DNA of 44,246 nt from the NCBI RefSeq assembly GCF_001194135.2, contig NC_068990.1:47481731-47525976 (forward strand). The letters run 5' to 3'. The first letter of the stretch is position 1; each line of letters starts with the position of its first letter. The notes under the pieces are model-generated. The model made no database searches. It saw only the letters and a list, made by a program, of their open reading frames with translations, and was not told the origin of the DNA. Below, piece after piece: positions 43,161 through 44,246 of the stretch. The translations under genes and the position numbers were made by a program. Source of the stretch: Octopus bimaculoides. Taxonomy: Eukaryota.

Positions 43161-44246
43161 CTGGGTCAGCCCATGAATAATGTGTTTTTTTTTCAATTGC
43201 ATGAACTAAGAAGTTGGAGGGGGACGGGATAAACTACCTGCCTCAACTTGCTATAAAGGCAGGAGGTAATTTTTACCTAATACTTATTTTTAGTGCAAGG
43301 CTAGGTTTGAAGAGGGCAGTTCAATTTTAACAGTTATTTTTTCAAAGCTATAATGGAAGTGACAAAGGAGTATATTTGGCTTTATGAATTCAATAAAGGC
43401 AACAATGCAATGGAAAGTGCAAGGAATATTAATGCAGTATATGGAGATCGGACAATAAGCGTAAGCCAACGTCAATGGTGGTTCCAGAAATTCGAAGGTG
43501 GAAACTACAGCCTAGAAGATGAGCTTCATCCTGGAAGATCTGAGAGATCTCAATGAAGATGTCCTGCAAATCCTATCATAACTGTTGAGGAACTAGCAGA
43601 GAAGCTTGGATTTGATCATTCAACCATTTATCAACACCTACGTGCCATCAGAAAAGTCAGCAAATTGGGTCAACAGCTTCCTCACAAACTTTCTGTGTCT
43701 AATTGAGTGCAGAGGGTGAATGTGTGCTCTTCTTTGCTGTCACGTCTCAAGAATGAATCTGTTTTGGACCGAATAGTGACTGGTGATGAGAAATGGGTTC
43801 TCTATAAAAATGACAAGCATCGAAGACAGTGGGGAGGGAAAGGAGAAACACTGGCACCCCAAGCTAAAGAAGGTCTTCACCACATAAGGTGTTGTTATCT
43901 GTTTGGTGATATATGACAAGTTTAGTCCACTTTGAACTTTTAAACCCAAACCAAATGATAACAAGGGAGATATACTGCGAGCAGATTAAGTGGCTTAAGT
44001 CAGTGCTGAAAAAAAAATGACCATCTTTGGTTTCAAGATGAAAGGTGTTCTTCCACATACAGTGAGGAGGACATTCCAAAGACTAGAGCAGATTGAATGG
44101 GAAATGATGCTCCATCCACTATATTTGCCAGACATCGTCCCATCTGATTATCCTTTATTCCGCAGTCTTCAAAATGATTTGCACTGAAAAAGAATATGAA
44201 TTCTGTAGATAAAGTCAGAAGAGTACTGAAAAAGAATTTTTTGGAA
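43161..44246 (+). mobile_element. Mariner (DD34D) transposon, pseudogenised, runs off the window end
   Basis: TA|CTGGGTCAGCCC start; LYEFNKGNNA..ARNINAVYG...WFQKF..GNYSLEDE..PGR, RIVTGDEKWVLY, HPLYLPDIVPSDYPLFRSLQ. Confidence 0.9.

Noticed and set aside
1-44246. Prokaryotic systems (CRISPR arrays, operons, defence islands), rRNA
   Set aside because: Spliced gene, eukaryotic transposons and microsatellites throughout; no regularly spaced repeat-spacer array or rRNA-like sequence

Overview
AT-rich eukaryotic genomic DNA from a gapped draft assembly, with N runs at 858-1253, 4044-4053, 24930-25430, 29502-29518, 38549-38842 and 42510-42796. The SINE, RTE and Penelope repeat content and the dense (TA)n/(CA)n/(CAT)n microsatellites look like an octopus or other coleoid cephalopod genome. 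That assignment is an inference from recalled repeat families. One host gene can be supported: an APEX1/APE1 (exonuclease III family AP endonuclease) gene on the + strand. Seven coding exons (4426-17794, 858 nt) splice in frame with GT-AG sites; the ATG exon is not visible. Everything else is transposon-derived: two LTR elements (a Gypsy lacking RT/RNase H inside an APEX1 intron, and a 1-kb TRIM-like element with a 5-bp TSD), RTE and CR1-group LINEs, tRNA-derived SINEs, Penelope-like (Naiad-type and GIY-YIG) fragments, hAT-Charlie, mariner, Merlin and Helitron remnants, and several MITE or fold-back palindromes. The most notable unannotated signal is a set of minimal type-I hammerhead ribozyme motifs associated with Penelope pieces: one intact, one near-intact and three decayed. 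No prokaryotic features, CRISPR array, rRNA or true tRNA gene are supported.
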